Origin: Halorussus marinus
Lineage (GTDB): Archaea; Halobacteriota; Halobacteria; Halobacteriales; Haladaptataceae
DNA length: 40,182 nt
NCBI RefSeq assembly: GCF_004765795.1
Contig: NZ_SBIV01000006.1
Span: 248,001 to 288,182, forward strand
Reading direction: 5' to 3'
Part shown: positions 35,890 to 40,182 of the stretch, in pieces
Layout: every line of letters begins with the position of its first letter
How positions within the stretch are numbered: position 1 is the stretch's first letter
Program-made: the position numbers and the translations under genes
Notes under the pieces: generated by a model
Database searches by the model: none
What the model was told of the DNA's origin: nothing
The model's input: only the letters and a program-made list of their open reading frames with translations

Positions 35890-38800
35890 ATGACAAGAGA
35901 ACAAACACGCGACAAGCTTCGCGCCGTCTTCCTCTCGGCGCTCATGGTCGTCTCCGTCTTCGGAGGCACCGTAGCGTTCGCGGGGACTGCGGCTGCGAAC
36001 GCGTCGAATTTCAATGTACAGACTGAAGAACCGGTTAAACCCGGGGAGCCAGTGACAATCCAATCAGAAGCAACTGCGAATACTGACGTAACATTCGCCA
36101 TTGACTCTGCTGGGAATACTGAAAATCTCAATGAGATCGGTACTTCCAACGCCGGGAACGATGGGGTGGCTTCTATAACATTCACTCCCACCGACGAAAG
36201 TGTTCCCTCTGACGCAGACAAGAAGTACGATCTCTATGCAGCCGAAGGTAGTACTCTGGGTTCAGCAAGTGACTCTGACACTCAGACGACGCTGACAGTC
36301 GATGGCGTTGCCCCAACAATCGAAAACTTCCAGATTACGAACGAAGACCCAACTGACACCCAAAGTGTAGAGGTCTCGTTCACCAGTGACGAACGCCTCG
36401 AAACTATTGATGCGACTGTCAAAGTTGATGGTCAACAAGACGGTACTCTCAGTAGTGTAGACTTCAGTAAGAACGGGGACACCTACACTGCAACTTACGA
36501 TGGTAGTAGTGATGGTGACTACACGATCATCCTGAACACGGCCGCAGATAAGGCCGGAAACGACGGCGCTGATGGCGAGTCCGACTCAGTTACGGTTGAC
36601 ACCCAGCAGCCCTCGATTAGTAAGGTTACGACCAATTTCGTTGAGAATAGTAACGTCCTCGAGGTTACTGCAGTCGCGAACAACGAAGCACTCGACTCAA
36701 GTTCGATTTCAGCGGACGTCACTGCCGGTAACAACGACATCACGACACTGTCTAATGACGACTGGTCGAGTGTCGGGGACACGCAGTACGGTTACCAGGC
36801 CACCTACAACGTGCCCACGAAGACCGAGGCAAAGTGGACGGTCGATGTCACGTCCGCGGCCGACCTGGCCGGGAACGAGATCGACAACCCCGATGCGGGC
36901 GTGTCGCAGGACAGCCTCGATGTCGACACGTCGGCATTCGCTCTCTCGATCGACCAGCCGAAAGAGAACGTCGACGTCCAGAGCGGTGACGTCGTCGACG
37001 TCAAGTACAGCTACAAGGACACGAACCCCGAAAGCGTCGTCGTCACCCTCACCGACCAGCAGGATGACGATACGTACACGTACAACATCGACGACAGTCA
37101 GTACGCCAACGACAACGCCCAGAAGTCGCTCACGATCGACCTGAGCGAGCACGGGGAAGCCGGGGACACGCTCGCCGACGGTGTCTACGACGTGACCGTC
37201 ATGGCGGAAGACCCCAGCTCGGGCACGAGCAGCGCAACGCAGGCGAAAGTCGTCACGGTCGACGACACTCCGCCGGTGTTCAAGAAGAACGCTGATGACA
37301 CTGTCGTCACCGACTTTACTCAGTCCAAAACGACGACCGGCTTCAAGATAGACCTCTCCGACGACACGTCGGGTGTCGATGCGAGCACGATCGAAGTCGA
37401 CGTCACGCAGAACGGAGATACCACCACCTGGACGGAGGGTGACGAAGGCGTCTCCTACGACTCCGAAAGCAACGAGATCGTCGTCGCCAAGGGCACGCTG
37501 AGCCTCTCGGAAGGCTATGTGACGATTCAGGCGTCCGCGGACGACAACTCTGGTAACTCGAAAACCAGTGAAAAGGAAACCTACACCATCAACACCGAAG
37601 CCCCGGCGATCACTGGCGTGGAAGCCGAGGCCGGTGATGACACGGTGACCGTCAAGTTCTCCGAGGCTGTCACGGCGGCCGACGGAGACTTCTCGAAGGA
37701 CGACTTCGCGTACACCGACGTCAGCGGTGACGGTGCCAGCGAAATCACCGGTGTCGAGGCGAAGGAACTTGACAACGGCTTCACCGACGAAGTCGAACTG
37801 ACGCTCGACACCGCCGTCGCGGCGAGCGACCTCGAAGCTGATGAGGTCAACGCCCGCAAGTCCGCGCTCGAAGACCGCAAACAGGACAACGTCAAGGCGA
37901 CCGACGCGGCTACCGTCGTGCTCAAGGATACGACGAGTCCTTCGGAAGACGGCTGGTTCGATAAAGTGGACGCGCCGACGATCAACGAGGACAACAACGG
38001 CGACTCCTACACGGTCACGGTGACCGTGAGCGAGCCCGCTTCCATCGACTCCGTCGGCCTGACGCTGGACGACGGTGAGGGTAACTCCGTTTCGACGGAC
38101 TCCCCTGTCAGTGTTAGTGCTGACGGCACTGCAGAAATCACGCTCACCACGACGAGCCTTACCGAAGGCGACATTGAGGTGCGTGCCGATGCATACGATG
38201 TCGGTGGTCAGGAGTCCCTCGATCAGATTATCAAGACGGACCTGACCAAGGACACTGAGGCACCTAAACTGGCGTCTGTCAAAACGGATGTTGGGACTCA
38301 GGAGCTCTACCTCAAATTCGATGAGTACGTGAATCCCGGCCAGGCGGTTAAACTTGGCAATTACCAGACGCCGGACGGCATCGATATCAACACTCTCGTA
38401 CACGATGGCGGTGACACGTACACCGCAAAGCTCGACAGTCCGGTGACTGCCGACGTGGCCGGAAACAACGAGAAGACCATCGTGCCCACGAGCGATATCG
38501 AGGACTCCTACGGTAACGATGCCGCTGGAGACGGTGCTTCGCTCGAGGACCGTAGCGCGCCGATGTTCGCCGAGAGCGCGGCGTTGACCTCGGACGGTTC
38601 GACCGAGGTCACCGTCTCGTTCACCGAGAAGCTGTTCGACGCTGACGGAAACGCCGTCAGCGCGGAGGACTTCACCTACGTCAACAACGGCGACGACGAC
38701 GGAAACAAAGTCACCGACGCGAGCTACGGCGACGGCCCGACTGAGGTCGTCCTCACCCTCGACAGCAAGGTGACTGCCGACGATCTCAACACTGACGCGA

Positions 38801-40062
38801 TCACGACCTCGGCCGTCGACTCGGTCGGGAACGCGCTCCCTGACGGCGCGAGTGCGACGCTCACGGTCGACATCGGTCTCGAAGAGCCCGAGCTCACGAG
38901 CGAGGACGGCAAGACGGTCAAGATGTCGTTCACAACCGACGAGGAGCTCGACTCCTTCGACGCCAGCCTGTACGCGACCGAAAACACTGTCGACAACGAC
39001 AACGACGGTGTCGAGGACCTCTCGCGCGACCTCGATGAGAGCGACTTCGAGGAAACCGAGAACGACGACGGAACGTTCACCTACGTCAACACGGTGGACG
39101 TGCCGCGTGACGGCGGCTACAAGTTCTCCATCTCCAGCACGACCGCTGTTGGTGGAATGACCGTCAACTACAACGACGAGAAACACGTCGATTCGGTTGA
39201 TGTCGACACGGAAGCTCCGTCCCCGGTCGACGCGGAGATCGTCAGCTACAACGGCGTCGAAACTGAAATCGCGGTTCAGTTCAGCGAACCCGTTGCCCTT
39301 ACTGGTCCGACCGCTATCTCGCTGGACGGCAGCGGGTTCGGGGAGGTTGACTCTGAGCGTGAGGAGAGCAACCAGATCACCGTGACGATCCACGGTGCGG
39401 TCCAGACTGGTGACGAGCCGAAGATCGTCTTCGCGTCCGATTCGTACGCGGAAACGACGAGCGACAGCTCGCAGGGAACTCAGGACGGCGTGGTCGTCAA
39501 CACGCTCGAAAGTCAGCTCTCGGCCGGCGCGAACTTCGTGTCCGTGCCCGCCGCGTCCGGTGAGCTCTCCGTCAGCGAGGTCGTGACGCAGCTCGGCGGC
39601 GAAGAGAACGTCGACAGCATCATGACCTACGACGGCGGCGAGTGGCAGACCTACAACCCGACGAAGCCCAGCGACAAGCAGGACTTCGACGCGATGCAGG
39701 GCGGCCAGGGGTACATCGTGACTCTCAGCGAGTCCGCCGAATTCGAAGTCAACGTCAACAACGTCGTCGGCGGGAGCGACTACGACGACGGCGGCACGCC
39801 GCAGGCCACCCAGCTCGAAGAGGGCTGGAACCTCGTCGGCCAGTGGCAGGAAGGATGGCAGAACGCTGACACTAGTGAAGCGCTCGCTAGCGTGTCCGAC
39901 GGCGTCTCCGACTCGACCGCTGTCTACGGCCAGGTTGGCAACGGATACCAGTACACCACGGTCAGCAACTTCAACCCCGGTGAGGCCTACTGGGTCTTCG
40001 CGACCGAGGATACCTGGTACACCGAATCGCAGACGTTCGACCGGCTTCGGCTGGCCAACTGA
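35890..40062 (+). CDS. Large cell-surface glycoprotein with tandem Ig-like domains
   Basis: Haloarchaeal surface-glycoprotein signal peptide (KLRAVFLSALMVVSVFGGTVAFAGTAAA); repeated DxxAP and DxxGN motifs; C-terminal GxN(F/L)V double motif; no PGF-CTERM. Confidence 0.9.
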   Translation: MTREQTRDKLRAVFLSALMVVSVFGGTVAFAGTAAANASNFNVQTEEPVKPGEPVTIQSEATANTDVTFAIDSAGNTENLNEIGTSNAGNDGVASITFTPTDESVPSDADKKYDLYAAEGSTLGSASDSDTQTTLTVDGVAPTIENFQITNEDPTDTQSVEVSFTSDERLETIDATVKVDGQQDGTLSSVDFSKNGDTYTATYDGSSDGDYTIILNTAADKAGNDGADGESDSVTVDTQQPSISKVTTNFVENSNVLEVTAVANNEALDSSSISADVTAGNNDITTLSNDDWSSVGDTQYGYQATYNVPTKTEAKWTVDVTSAADLAGNEIDNPDAGVSQDSLDVDTSAFALSIDQPKENVDVQSGDVVDVKYSYKDTNPESVVVTLTDQQDDDTYTYNIDDSQYANDNAQKSLTIDLSEHGEAGDTLADGVYDVTVMAEDPSSGTSSATQAKVVTVDDTPPVFKKNADDTVVTDFTQSKTTTGFKIDLSDDTSGVDASTIEVDVTQNGDTTTWTEGDEGVSYDSESNEIVVAKGTLSLSEGYVTIQASADDNSGNSKTSEKETYTINTEAPAITGVEAEAGDDTVTVKFSEAVTAADGDFSKDDFAYTDVSGDGASEITGVEAKELDNGFTDEVELTLDTAVAASDLEADEVNARKSALEDRKQDNVKATDAATVVLKDTTSPSEDGWFDKVDAPTINEDNNGDSYTVTVTVSEPASIDSVGLTLDDGEGNSVSTDSPVSVSADGTAEITLTTTSLTEGDIEVRADAYDVGGQESLDQIIKTDLTKDTEAPKLASVKTDVGTQELYLKFDEYVNPGQAVKLGNYQTPDGIDINTLVHDGGDTYTAKLDSPVTADVAGNNEKTIVPTSDIEDSYGNDAAGDGASLEDRSAPMFAESAALTSDGSTEVTVSFTEKLFDADGNAVSAEDFTYVNNGDDDGNKVTDASYGDGPTEVVLTLDSKVTADDLNTDAITTSAVDSVGNALPDGASATLTVDIGLEEPELTSEDGKTVKMSFTTDEELDSFDASLYATENTVDNDNDGVEDLSRDLDESDFEETENDDGTFTYVNTVDVPRDGGYKFSISSTTAVGGMTVNYNDEKHVDSVDVDTEAPSPVDAEIVSYNGVETEIAVQFSEPVALTGPTAISLDGSGFGEVDSEREESNQITVTIHGAVQTGDEPKIVFASDSYAETTSDSSQGTQDGVVVNTLESQLSAGANFVSVPAASGELSVSEVVTQLGGEENVDSIMTYDGGEWQTYNPTKPSDKQDFDAMQGGQGYIVTLSESAEFEVNVNNVVGGSDYDDGGTPQATQLEEGWNLVGQWQEGWQNADTSEALASVSDGVSDSTAVYGQVGNGYQYTTVSNFNPGEAYWVFATEDTWYTESQTFDRLRLAN

Positions 40063-40112
40063 CGACCGCAGCACCACTTGACTTCCAATTTATTTGGGGG
40101 TAACTCAACAAG

Positions 40113-40182
40113 ATGACACACCAAACAATACGGAAGAAATCTGTGCTGCGGCTGCTGGTAGTCGCGTTCGTCGCGCTACTAG
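40113..40182 (+). CDS. 5' end of another secreted protein (truncated by window)
   Basis: MTHQTIRKKSVLRLLVVAFVALL, a basic n-region plus hydrophobic core, open to the window edge. Confidence 0.6.
   Translation, partial: MTHQTIRKKSVLRLLVVAFVALL

Larger units (their letters stand above)
29205..40182. mobile_element. Integrative element / genomic island (right end outside window)
   Basis: att-like site, tyrosine integrase, virus-type regulators, TA pair, extra cdc6, several lower-GC stretches and surface-protein cargo. Confidence 0.75.

Noticed and set aside
36709..40077. 1122-aa minus-strand ORF
   Set aside because: Antisense to the surface glycoprotein; no motifs.
1..40182. CRISPR arrays, rRNA genes, IS transposases
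   Set aside because: No regularly spaced repeats, rRNA-like tracts or transposase motifs seen.

Overview
High-GC haloarchaeal chromosome segment (acidic proteins, Tat lipoproteins, TATA-type promoters). Positions 1-29.2 kb are host genes: a CetZ1-like tubulin homologue, a dpp/opp ABC operon with an M24-family hydrolase, a four-domain LEA-2 protein, a KaiC/RAD55-like protein, an RFAP-synthase family protein, a glycosyltransferase, ilvD, two paralogous type IV pilins, an MFS transporter, a multi-PAS/GAF histidine kinase and an iron-type binding lipoprotein with two DtxR-like boxes. From about 29.2 kb to the window end lies an integrative island: a probable tRNA-Pro 3'-end att remnant, an SNJ2-like tyrosine integrase, a J-domain protein, two divergent paralogous RHH-like microproteins, a zinc-finger operon, phiH1-like repressors, hicBA, orc1/cdc6 and a 1390-aa Ig-repeat surface glycoprotein. 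The most notable items are missing from the ORF track: (1) a 44-aa secreted-type peptide gene abutting tail-to-tail a 713-aa protein with an intact CHAT/caspase-like His-Cys motif pair, a candidate peptide signalling or processing module; (2) a structurally conserved, covarying 5' leader stem on both pilin genes; (3) a twin-RHH switch with a repeated operator upstream of the integrase operon. All family assignments come from motif recognition by eye; no searches were run.
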